A stretch of DNA of 64,000 nucleotides, taken from a virus. Lineage: Duplodnaviria > Heunggongvirae > Uroviricota > Caudoviricetes. Location of the stretch: IMG/VR virus record IMGVR_UViG_3300006145_000003; one strand, given 5' to 3'. The notes under the pieces are model-generated. The model saw nothing but the letters and a program-made list of their open reading frames with translations. It was not told the DNA's origin and did no database searches. Of the stretch, positions 10,416 to 18,720 are shown piece after piece. Each line of letters opens with the position of its first letter. The stretch's first letter is position 1. The position numbers and the translations under genes are program-made.

Positions 10416-10643
10416 ATGATTAAAGTTACTGTTGGCAACAATCTGAAGCGCGAGGCCGTTATCATCGACAAGAACACTACTCTGCGTACCTGCCTGGAAG
10501 ACAACGGCGTAGATTATACCCGTGGCACGATGAGCCTGGATGGTTCAACATTGGCTCCCGGCGACCTGGATAAGACGTTCGAGCAGTTCGGCATCACTGA
10601 GAAGTGCTTCCTGCTGAACGTTGTTAAGGCTGACAACGCCTAA
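10416..10643 (+). CDS. small beta-grasp (ThiS/MoaD/ubiquitin-like) protein candidate, 75 aa, no C-terminal GG
   Basis: MIKVTV start, size and hydrophobic periodicity like MoaD/ThiS; sits first in an E2-like/JAB/E1 operon. Confidence 0.45.
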   Translation: MIKVTVGNNLKREAVIIDKNTTLRTCLEDNGVDYTRGTMSLDGSTLAPGDLDKTFEQFGITEKCFLLNVVKADNA

Positions 10644-10680
10644 GCCGACAAGTTCGTTATACATACCCACCTCCTAACGC

Positions 10681-10713
10681 AGAGGGACATCTAAATGATG
10701 TCCCTCTTTTATT
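10681..10713 (+). terminator. rho-independent terminator (agagggacat ctaa atgtccctct + TTTTATT)
   Basis: 10-bp perfect stem followed by T-run. Confidence 0.7.
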
Positions 10714-10715
10714 AT

Positions 10716-10800
10716 GAGGAATTGGCGGAATAGGTAGACGCGCCAGATTTAGGTTCTGGTGGTTTATACCGTATCGGTTCAAGTCCGATATTCCTCACCA
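10716..10800 (+). tRNA. tRNA-Leu (anticodon TAG), long variable arm, CCA encoded
   Basis: Acceptor GAGGAAT/ATTCCTC; anticodon stem CCAGA/TCTGG loop TTTAGGT; T-loop GGTTCAAGTCC. Confidence 0.8.
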
Positions 10801-10824
10801 AATTTTATAAATTGAGGTGTTAAT

Positions 10825-12357
10825 ATGTTCAGAACAAGCATAACATCAACGCCGCTTACATCAAGTACAGCAAATGGATGCTTTCCAAACATCAATGGTA
10901 GGCCTTTTTCAAATGATATATCTTTTTTGGCAACACTGCGAGCGCTGGTTGCCCCTAGGATTCCTGCGGATGAAGAGATATATTTGTTTTTTGGCTCTTC
11001 TTCATATGGGGCTAGCGTAGTAAAAGATAACTCTGCACGCGACATTGTGAGGGCAATCTGCGGAGGTTATGACCTTGAATCTACCGGAAGATTGTTCGTA
11101 CACAATCTTCGTGGTGGACAAGACGACATAAAGGCTAACCTTAAGGTGATAGATGAGACTCTTTGCGCGGTGTATCCGGGCTATCATCGGCTTGACAAAG
11201 TCAAGGAGTTTTATAAGAAGAGTTTCGATGTGGATTGTTATATCAATCCTGAAATAAAGTCTACAATTGTATTTGTTGACAATTTGGACAATCGAAAGCT
11301 CCATTACTTAGAGGTGTCCATTCTGGCCTTTTTCCCTTGGTACTTTAATCCCGAAGATGGATTGGCTGAGGATGAATTTGCGTTAATTAAATCCCTCAGA
11401 GAGAATAAGCCAGACAGTTATAAAGCCTGCATTGAAAAGTTGGCAGAGAAATATGACTTTAGAACTGCCCGCATCAAGCAAATGCTTAGTGGTTTTGAAA
11501 CTCGTTATGAGCGGATTGAGCTAGAAAGGGTGCAAGAATCTATCCGTGCTATCGAAAGAGATATAAACAATCTAAATCAGCGAATTGGCACTTACCTGAC
11601 TGATAGACATGAGAAGTGTATTCGGGTGATGGGGTTACAGAACAAGATAGCGAGTGGAGGCAGCGAAAGCTCGGAAATTATGGACTACTTCTTATGCAAT
11701 AAGAGGCTTGTTTTGGAAGAAGTTTCCGACACCGATATGTTTTTTGCAGTCAAAGATTACTACGAATTCTTTGACAAGGATGCAGCAGAAACCATTATAG
11801 ATAACAAAAATAGTTTCGTGTATTACGGACATTCGCATCGTGATGGCATGAATCCTGATAAAATGGAGCGGCTGTTGCGTGAGCTATTTGTTAGTGATTC
11901 ACCACGACTTCGGATGCGGGTATGTGCAGCTTATCGGTTTGACCTAAATGGTAGTGTGCAGGGACGTTCTGGTCATGACTTCGGAACTGAGTTTACGGGG
12001 TATATGCCTAATCCTCATATAAATCGCTATTCTTGCATGGGCAATTATCAAATGATAATCAACGAATTGCTTATGCAGCAAGATTACATAGGGGCATTAG
12101 AGCAGTGCGTTGCTTCGTGCAAAAGTTTGAATTGGAACGACAGCACAGTGATGGAATCTTTTATGGACACATTGTGGAGCAGCGGAGAAGCAAGCAAGTG
12201 TATAGAACTTCCTAATGGCAAAGTAGTTAAGCCATATGAGGCTGTACAATGGCTTGAAGAGCAAGATGAAGATTCCCAGGGTAAAGAGGAAGCAAAAATC
12301 GATTGCAGTGGTGAGCAGTCGTCTGAATCAGATGGTGAAGAAGAGCCTTTGTTTTGA
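10825..12357 (+). CDS. 510-aa protein with candidate E2-like (UBC-fold) catalytic region near C-terminus (PNPHINRYSCMG)
   Basis: HPN-like His then Cys ~8 aa later resembles E2 active site; operon position between Ubl and JAB/E1. Confidence 0.35.
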   Translation: MFRTSITSTPLTSSTANGCFPNINGRPFSNDISFLATLRALVAPRIPADEEIYLFFGSSSYGASVVKDNSARDIVRAICGGYDLESTGRLFVHNLRGGQDDIKANLKVIDETLCAVYPGYHRLDKVKEFYKKSFDVDCYINPEIKSTIVFVDNLDNRKLHYLEVSILAFFPWYFNPEDGLAEDEFALIKSLRENKPDSYKACIEKLAEKYDFRTARIKQMLSGFETRYERIELERVQESIRAIERDINNLNQRIGTYLTDRHEKCIRVMGLQNKIASGGSESSEIMDYFLCNKRLVLEEVSDTDMFFAVKDYYEFFDKDAAETIIDNKNSFVYYGHSHRDGMNPDKMERLLRELFVSDSPRLRMRVCAAYRFDLNGSVQGRSGHDFGTEFTGYMPNPHINRYSCMGNYQMIINELLMQQDYIGALEQCVASCKSLNWNDSTVMESFMDTLWSSGEASKCIELPNGKVVKPYEAVQWLEEQDEDSQGKEEAKIDCSGEQSSESDGEEEPLF

Positions 12358-13289
12358 GTTGGAGGGTAGATATGAGCAAACCGATTAAGATAACGGAGCA
12401 GTTTCTAAATGAGTGTCGTGCTGATTTTGAAAAGGCACTCCAGCTAACGAAGTTAGCAGACGGGAAAATTTCGTTTACGAAATCTTTTTCTGCTGGGAAT
12501 GAGAAAGCAGCCATTTTGTTTGCACCGATTGCTTGGGCCAAGATGGTAATGCTCATCAAAGAATTCGATAAGGAAGTTGCTTGGCATGGTGTAGCGTTCC
12601 GCAGTGATAACACCGAAGCAAATGAATACATCATTAAGGATATCCTCGTCTATCCTCAGGAGGTTACGCAGACCACGGTAGAGATGGATACGGAGAAGTA
12701 TTCACAGTGGTTGATAGATAACATTGAGGATGAGCGATTCAATAACATCAGAATGCAAGGTCACTCCCATGTGAATATGGGGGTGACACCCTCATCGGTA
12801 GACCTAAATCATCAGGAGGAAATTCTGAACATGCTCGGCGATGATGACTTTTACATTTTTATGATTTGGAATAAGTCATTCGCCAGCTTCGCTAAGATTT
12901 ACGATATGAGAAAAAATCTCCTGTTTGAAAATGGTGATATAACTACCAAGGTAATTGGTGAGGGCGAGGATTTGGGCGAGTTTATCAAGGGTGCCAAGGG
13001 GATGGTGGAGACAAAATACACATACAACAGCACAGGTTATGGCCAATACGGTAATAACGGTTACTGCAATACTGGATATGGGTCATACCCCAATAATATC
13101 ATCGAGGCATCTTCTTATACACAGGGAAAAACCTCTGATGAAAAGAAAGACAAGAAGTCCGATGGTAAAAAGACTGAAAAAAAAGAAAAAAACAAAAAAG
13201 ATAAGCCGCGCACAAGAATTGGAGCTGGATGGCACGGGCTCAATAGCCAGGAAATAGAAGACCTGTATTCAAAGGGATACTATGACTAG
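12354..13289 (+). CDS. JAB/MPN (JAMM) metalloprotease-like protein with Lys-rich low-complexity C-terminus
   Basis: HSHVNMGVTPSSVD fits JAMM motif HxHx7Sx2D; overlaps upstream gene by 4 nt. Confidence 0.6.
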   Translation: MSWRVDMSKPIKITEQFLNECRADFEKALQLTKLADGKISFTKSFSAGNEKAAILFAPIAWAKMVMLIKEFDKEVAWHGVAFRSDNTEANEYIIKDILVYPQEVTQTTVEMDTEKYSQWLIDNIEDERFNNIRMQGHSHVNMGVTPSSVDLNHQEEILNMLGDDDFYIFMIWNKSFASFAKIYDMRKNLLFENGDITTKVIGEGEDLGEFIKGAKGMVETKYTYNSTGYGQYGNNGYCNTGYGSYPNNIIEASSYTQGKTSDEKKDKKSDGKKTEKKEKNKKDKPRTRIGAGWHGLNSQEIEDLYSKGYYD

Positions 13290-13296
13290 GAGGTAA

Positions 13297-13974
13297 ATGA
13301 CTATGGATTTGTCTAAAAGTTATGAGTATTTTCAGCCTGAGAAGGTGACCGAAAGAATCAATATTGTCGGTTGCGGTTCTGTGGGAGCTACTATCGCAGA
13401 GAATTTGGTGAGGCTTGGACTCACCAAAATTTCTTTGTGGGATATGGATGCCGTTACACCACACAATCTTGCCAATCAGATTTTCCGGCATAAAGATATT
13501 GGGCACGCAAAGGTCGAAGCGCTGGCGGACATTCTCACAGAGATAAATCCTGATATCCAAGACGACTTGAAACTGTTTTCTGATGGATGGAACGGTCAGC
13601 AGCTTAACGGGTACGTCTTTTTGTGCGTGGACAATATTGAGTTGCGGCGGCAGATTGTCGAGAAGCATCTCAATAATCCCTATGTCAAAGCAATGTTCGA
13701 CTTCCGCACATTACTGGAGTCTGCGCAGCATTATGCGGCGGATTGGTCTAACTACAAGATGAAAAAGGACTTTCTTAACTCCATGGCGTTCTCTCACGAA
13801 GAGGCGGCAGAAGAGACTCCTGTGTCGGCCTGTGGGGTTACTCTCGGTGTTGCGCCAACTGTACGGATGATATGTGCTTTTGGTGTAACAAATTTCGTGA
13901 ATTTTGTCAGAGGGAACGGTCTGAAGAAGATGATTCTTAATGATGCGTTCCACTATATGCTTGATGCTTTTTAG
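13297..13974 (+). CDS. ThiF/MoeB/E1-like adenylyltransferase (Rossmann GxGxxG)
   Basis: INIVGCGSVGATIAENLVRLGLTKISLWDMDAVTPHNLANQ matches E1/ThiF nucleotide-binding motif. Confidence 0.65.
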   Translation: MTMDLSKSYEYFQPEKVTERINIVGCGSVGATIAENLVRLGLTKISLWDMDAVTPHNLANQIFRHKDIGHAKVEALADILTEINPDIQDDLKLFSDGWNGQQLNGYVFLCVDNIELRRQIVEKHLNNPYVKAMFDFRTLLESAQHYAADWSNYKMKKDFLNSMAFSHEEAAEETPVSACGVTLGVAPTVRMICAFGVTNFVNFVRGNGLKKMILNDAFHYMLDAF

Positions 13975-14016
13975 GGTGTTTGCAACGACATTCTCCCTAT
14001 AAAACTATGATTTTAT

Positions 14017-14357
14017 CTTAAAACTGTAACGTATATCCTGTTAAGGAGCTTTACGCTATAAGCTAAAGTGTCAAATTGCTGGGGAAGATACCCGCCGGAA
14101 GGGAAGCACTCCGCTCCGGACGCACGTCGGAACCCACCGGTCAAAAGGCAACAGCAGCTCGCTAGGGCAATTCGCAATACAGCAAACAGAGGATATTTCG
14201 GAATCACCAGGAGTTTGAGCAACAAAAGTCGCAATATAACCCAAATGACTTCAGGAATAACCCGCCCAACTGCGGCGAGTCAGCAACCAACGCCGCAAAT
14301 ATCACAGCTAAACGGAGGCGTGCCCAGACCAATACTCTATGTTAGGTTACAGCTAAG
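14017..14357 (+). ncRNA. candidate retron msr/msd non-coding region bounded by inverted repeats a1 (cttaaaactgtaac) and a2 (gttacagctaag); interior strongly A/C-rich
   Basis: 11/12 complementary inverted repeats flank ~315 nt directly upstream of the RT start, the arrangement typical of retrons. Confidence 0.35.
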
Positions 14358-14373
14358 TAAAGGAGAGACTATT

Positions 14374-15534
14374 ATGGTGTTTATAACAGTTAGGCAGTCA
14401 CCATTTTATCATCAAATGTCCTTGGAGGAATATCTGTTTCAGAACTTTGAATCGCCAGTGCTTATCAATGAAAACACAGCAAACACCAGAACGTATCAGT
14501 GTCGCACTGTGAGCTCCAAGTTTTTGGACAAGATAAATGTAGATGGGCTGATTTCAAAGCTCAAAAGGTTCAATGATTCAACAACAGAGCTGCGCAAAGA
14601 AAATCGCGAATCTCTATATAAAACATTTTACATTCCAAAGAAGTCTGGTGGGTTGCGCAAAATAAACGCACCAAAGCCAGATTTGATGGACGCACTAAGG
14701 AGGCTGAAAAGAATCTTTGAAGATGATTTTCATGCACTTTACCATACATCAGCCTTCGCTTACATACAAAATCGATGCACTGTAGATGCTGTAAAGCGGC
14801 ATCAAAATAATAAGAGTAAGTGGTTCGGTAAGTTAGACTTACATGATTTCTTTGGAAGCACTACTCTAGAATTCGTGTTAAATATGTTCTCGCTGATTTT
14901 CCCATTTAGCGAAGTAGTTAAGGTTCCAGATGGAAAAGAGGCGCTTGTAACTGCACTAGAACTTGCATTTTTAGATGGTGGGTTGCCTCAAGGAACTCCT
15001 ATATCTCCAACTATAACAAACATTATGATGATTCCAATTGATTTCGAACTTACAAAGGCATTTCGAGAGTTTCAAGTTGGAGTACCTGGCAAGAAAAAGA
15101 CGCAAAGTTTCATATATACAAGATATGCCGATGATTTCATTATTTCATCGAAGTATGACTTCGATGTTCGGAAAATTGAAGAATTTGTTGTGAACACTTT
15201 GGAGAAGTATAACGCTCCATTCACAATCAATGCAAAGAAGACAAGATATGGCTCATCTGCTGGCAGAAATTGGAACTTGGGCGTTATGCTTAACAAGGAT
15301 AATGAAATTACAGTAGGACACAAACGTAAGAAACAGTTTCAAGCAATGATGTATAATTACGTAACTGATAAGCGCAATGGCGTTGAGTGGACTCGTGAAG
15401 ACCTGATGACGATGCATGGCTTGTACAGCTATTATAGGATGGTTGAAAAGGATGTGATAGACGCAATTGTAAAGCATATGAATGACAAATTGAACGCAGA
15501 TGTTATCGCCTTGATAAAAGGTGATTTAAGATAG
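14374..15534 (+). CDS. reverse transcriptase, retron-type
   Basis: IPKKSGGLRKI, LDLHDFFGS, LPQGTPISP, YTRYADD, NAKKT motifs (RT motifs 1-7); no maturase or endonuclease domain; RBS aaaggagag. Confidence 0.85.
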   Translation: MVFITVRQSPFYHQMSLEEYLFQNFESPVLINENTANTRTYQCRTVSSKFLDKINVDGLISKLKRFNDSTTELRKENRESLYKTFYIPKKSGGLRKINAPKPDLMDALRRLKRIFEDDFHALYHTSAFAYIQNRCTVDAVKRHQNNKSKWFGKLDLHDFFGSTTLEFVLNMFSLIFPFSEVVKVPDGKEALVTALELAFLDGGLPQGTPISPTITNIMMIPIDFELTKAFREFQVGVPGKKKTQSFIYTRYADDFIISSKYDFDVRKIEEFVVNTLEKYNAPFTINAKKTRYGSSAGRNWNLGVMLNKDNEITVGHKRKKQFQAMMYNYVTDKRNGVEWTREDLMTMHGLYSYYRMVEKDVIDAIVKHMNDKLNADVIALIKGDLR

Positions 15535-15843
15535 TACCTGTAATGCATAACTGTATAGACAGTGCTTCTCGTTGTAAACAGAAGTAACGCTTTGCTGGGC
15601 AAGGAAAGAACCTTGCGGAAAGTATCCCAGATGCCCCGACCCAGTCGACTACAGAGAGCCCAACTACCACCAAGTCATCCAATACCTAAACACATAAGCA
15701 ACACTATGGCTCCCATCGTCTCGACACTCAGGCCCGAAATGAAACGACCCCTTCACCACCTAGCCCCGCAGCAGAAACCTGCGTTTTAGAAGGACAGTCA
15801 CATACTCAGATTACAGGTTATCACAAATGAAAGGTGTGGTATT

Positions 15844-16188
15844 ATGACAAGAGACGAGTTTATTACGGCAGTAGAGGGTGGAAGAATTATCTATTGTTCT
15901 TGTATCGAAGAAAGAAATGATGTGTTACAATATCTGTTTGACTGTGACTTTAAAATAGGAGGAGCTTCACTTGGGTATCTGGAACCTGGCAATTGTGATG
16001 ATGAGTTTTTGAGCCCTGGATTTAACCAGAGCGCAGGATATATAAGTTGTTATAGGAACGCCGCTTTGGACAGAAGAATTCGCCTTATACACTATAATGA
16101 AATATCTTCACTTATCGAAGGGCCACCTCAAAATGAAATGTCAGATGATGAATTTAAAGAATCGCTATTAAACCTTATTGCTGGATAA
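15844..16188 (+). CDS. hypothetical protein (N-terminus MTRDEFI, paralogous to the start of 16394)
   Basis: ORF; shared N-terminal heptapeptide with 16394 product. Confidence 0.5.
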   Translation: MTRDEFITAVEGGRIIYCSCIEERNDVLQYLFDCDFKIGGASLGYLEPGNCDDEFLSPGFNQSAGYISCYRNAALDRRIRLIHYNEISSLIEGPPQNEMSDDEFKESLLNLIAG

Positions 16189-16200
16189 TTCCAGCAACAC

Positions 16201-16277
16201 GCAGCATTAGTGTTCAACGGTAAGCACACCAGTCTTCCAAACTGGGAGTGCCGGTTCAAATCCGGTATGCTGCTCCA
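16201..16277 (+). tRNA. tRNA-Gly (anticodon TCC)
   Basis: Acceptor GCAGCAT/ATGCTGC; anticodon stem CCAGT/ACTGG loop CTTCCAA; T-loop GGTTCAAATCC. Confidence 0.8.
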
Positions 16278-16283
16278 TAATAC

Positions 16284-16359
16284 TGGGCTGTCGCCAAGCG
16301 GTAAGGCAACGGACTTTGACTCCGTCATCTCGTGGGTTCGAATCCCGCCAGCCCAGCCA
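16284..16359 (+). tRNA. tRNA-Gln (anticodon TTG)
   Basis: Acceptor TGGGCTG/CAGCCCA; anticodon stem ACGGA/TCCGT loop CTTTGAC; resembles bacterial tRNA-Gln. Confidence 0.8.
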
Positions 16360-16393
16360 CATCGTTTAGTTTCATAATGGAAGGAGTTGCTTT

Positions 16394-16909
16394 ATGACAA
16401 GGTCAGAATTTATAGATGACATTACCTCATGGAGTGAGCTTTTGGAGTTTTGTTCGGAAGAAAGCTGTGATTTGCTTGAAGATATCTTCGATGAGGAATC
16501 GATGGATTCTGAAATCAACGAATTTCTTGGTGATTATGTAAGGGATTACGATTGGTACAATTTAAGAGATAACCTAAAAGAAATTCCAACCGGATATGAT
16601 TATTATAGACAAAATGGCCCATTAGATTGGGTTGGACTTACAGATGATGATTTAGATGATTATAAAAATGATGTGCTTCAGTGGGCAGAAGACTATGATG
16701 TCTTCGAGGATGAAGATGATGAAGGCGATGATGGCATAGATAACGAAGAACAGGAAGAACCAGAAGACCCACCCATAGAAGATGAAGACTTTCCTTTTGA
16801 CGAGCTGTTTGGATTGTGCGCACAGGCATGTAGTTCAATTCAAGAGGTCAATAGGCATCAAGAAGAGGCAGAGTATACCGAGTTTGAAAATTTTGTAAAG
16901 TGTGGGTGA
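16394..16909 (+). CDS. highly acidic protein (D/E-rich)
   Basis: RBS aaggag; long D/E tracts. Confidence 0.55.
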   Translation: MTRSEFIDDITSWSELLEFCSEESCDLLEDIFDEESMDSEINEFLGDYVRDYDWYNLRDNLKEIPTGYDYYRQNGPLDWVGLTDDDLDDYKNDVLQWAEDYDVFEDEDDEGDDGIDNEEQEEPEDPPIEDEDFPFDELFGLCAQACSSIQEVNRHQEEAEYTEFENFVKCG

Positions 16910-17215
16910 AAAACTTGGACGAGGTGAAAGTAGGGGAAGGCATTGGGTTTGAAAGAATTAGAAGAATTACCGGATACTTGGTTGGTACGACTGACAGGTG
17001 GAATAACGCTAAGCGCGCAGAAGAGCGCGACCGAATCAAGCACTGTGTTGACAGTGCCAAAACGTAAAGTGCTGGCTACAATATAAGCCAGTTAATATAG
17101 TTGCTTTGCATATTTGCTGTTTTACATATTGAACGTATTATACGGCAGCTTTTCGCTTTTAGCAAAAGAAAAGGTTCGTTTGCTTCGCTTCCTGCTTAGA
17201 TAATTTACTCTGAAG

Positions 17216-17253
17216 TTTTAATTATATATATCCGGAGGCATATATAATTAAAA
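17216..17253. repeat. AT-rich perfect inverted repeat TTTTAATTATATATA-tccggaggca-TATATAATTAAAA
   Basis: Read directly; lies in 460-bp AT-rich intergenic region. Confidence 0.6.
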
Positions 17254-17371
17254 CTCAGACTAACTTATCTAGCAAAGAAGCGTCGCCCTTGTGTATACAA
17301 AACCCTTCCACTCGAAGGCTTTTGTACAGAAAGCAACTATAAGACTATAACTAAAAACAGGAGGATAAGAT

Positions 17372-17926
17372 ATGCGGGTTTTAGTAGTTGTTGATATGCA
17401 GAATGATTTTATTGATGGTACGCTTGGTACAGACGAGGCCATTACCATTGTGCCAAGGGTTATCGAAAAAATCAAGAAGTTTGATGGCGACATGATTATC
17501 ACTCATGATACCCACAAAGAAAATTACCTGGGTACGCTAGAAGGAAGAATGCTGCCGGTGACACATTGTATTCAAGGGACGGAGGGGTGGAAACTGCATG
17601 ATGAAGTTTTTTCAGCGGTTGACAACCGTGTCCGAGCCGGTACTGCTAATGCGCAGGTATTTATGAAACCTACATTTGGTTCGGTAGAATTGGGTGAATA
17701 CCTGGTTAACAAGAGTCATGATGTGGACATTGATGAGGTCGTTCTGGTGGGTTTGTGTACCGATATCTGCGTTATATCCAATGCTCTACTCATTAAAGCA
17801 TTTCTGCCAGAGATTAAGGTGACTGTGGATGCTGCCTGCTGCGCTGGGGGCACGCCAGAGAGCCACGAGAATGCTTTGCGGGCTATGCGGATGTGTCAGG
17901 TTAATGTCGAGAATTGGGAGGGATAA
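17372..17926 (+). CDS. pncA: nicotinamidase / isochorismatase-family hydrolase
   Basis: VVVDMQNDF and GLCTDICV catalytic motifs. Confidence 0.8.
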   Translation: MRVLVVVDMQNDFIDGTLGTDEAITIVPRVIEKIKKFDGDMIITHDTHKENYLGTLEGRMLPVTHCIQGTEGWKLHDEVFSAVDNRVRAGTANAQVFMKPTFGSVELGEYLVNKSHDVDIDEVVLVGLCTDICVISNALLIKAFLPEIKVTVDAACCAGGTPESHENALRAMRMCQVNVENWEG

Positions 17927-17927
17927 A

Positions 17928-18719
17928 ATGATTGCAGTTAATGGGGCACCAGTAGACTTCACACAGTTCCCGGATGGTACAACATCTTTCCGTTTTGACC
18001 CCGATTCAAGCACTACCATTTATTGGGGGTATGACGGAGACCATGAGTGTATCTTGCTGTGGTATTTAGTGAATCATGTCCGCTCTGTGGTAGGACATGA
18101 CACCTATATTCGTCTTATTATGCCATACATTCCAAATGCCAGAATGGATAGAGTAAAGAACAAGGATGAAGTGTTCACCCTAAAATGGTTTGCCGCTTTC
18201 ATTAACAATATGCATTTGAATGAGGTGATTGTGTTTGACCCACATTCCAATGTATCCGCTGCGCTTATCAATCACATCCAAGTTATTCAACCGGATAAAT
18301 ACATCAAAGAAGCAATCTCTGCTATCGGTGATAACAACCTTTTGCTGTGCTACCCAGATGAAGGTGCGGCTAAAAGATATTCTGAGCTGATGGAGGCCGA
18401 GTACATTTTCGGTATTAAGCATAGGGATTGGCGCACCGGCAGAATTGAGCGGCTAGAGTTGACCACTCCAGATAAGGTAGTAGGTCGTACTGTTCTAATT
18501 GTGGACGATATCTGTTCGCGTGGTGGCACGTTTACACATACGGCAAAGGCATTAAAAGAAGCAGGTGCCAATGACATATATCTATATGTTTCCCACTGTG
18601 AGAACACCATTACGAAAGGTACGGTACTGACAGACGACCTGATTCGTCATGTTTTTACCACTGACAGTATATATCGTGGTGAATATGAAAGAATCACCGT
18701 ATTAAAACAGGAGGCATAA
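17928..18719 (+). CDS. prs: ribose-phosphate pyrophosphokinase (PRPP synthetase)
   Basis: VLIVDDICSRGGTF PRPP-binding motif; overall Prs layout. Confidence 0.8.
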   Translation: MIAVNGAPVDFTQFPDGTTSFRFDPDSSTTIYWGYDGDHECILLWYLVNHVRSVVGHDTYIRLIMPYIPNARMDRVKNKDEVFTLKWFAAFINNMHLNEVIVFDPHSNVSAALINHIQVIQPDKYIKEAISAIGDNNLLLCYPDEGAAKRYSELMEAEYIFGIKHRDWRTGRIERLELTTPDKVVGRTVLIVDDICSRGGTFTHTAKALKEAGANDIYLYVSHCENTITKGTVLTDDLIRHVFTTDSIYRGEYERITVLKQEA

Positions 18720-18720
18720 A

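Noticed and set aside
14068-14373. ORF-track start at 14068 giving a 488-aa RT with a 100-aa low-complexity N-terminal extension
   Set aside because: The open frame is a by-product of the T-poor A/C-rich composition (few possible stop codons); there is no RBS at 14068, whereas a strong aaaggagag RBS precedes ATG 14374, where RT motifs begin
15562-15789. 75-aa + ORF in the A/C-rich tract downstream of the RT
   Set aside because: Same compositional artefact; proline/glutamine-rich, no RBS
13975-15843. Group II intron or DGR interpretation of the RT
   Set aside because: No domain V/VI-like sequence after the ORF, no maturase (X) domain, and no TR/VR-like near-identical repeat pair found by eye; the a1/a2 inverted repeats favour a retron
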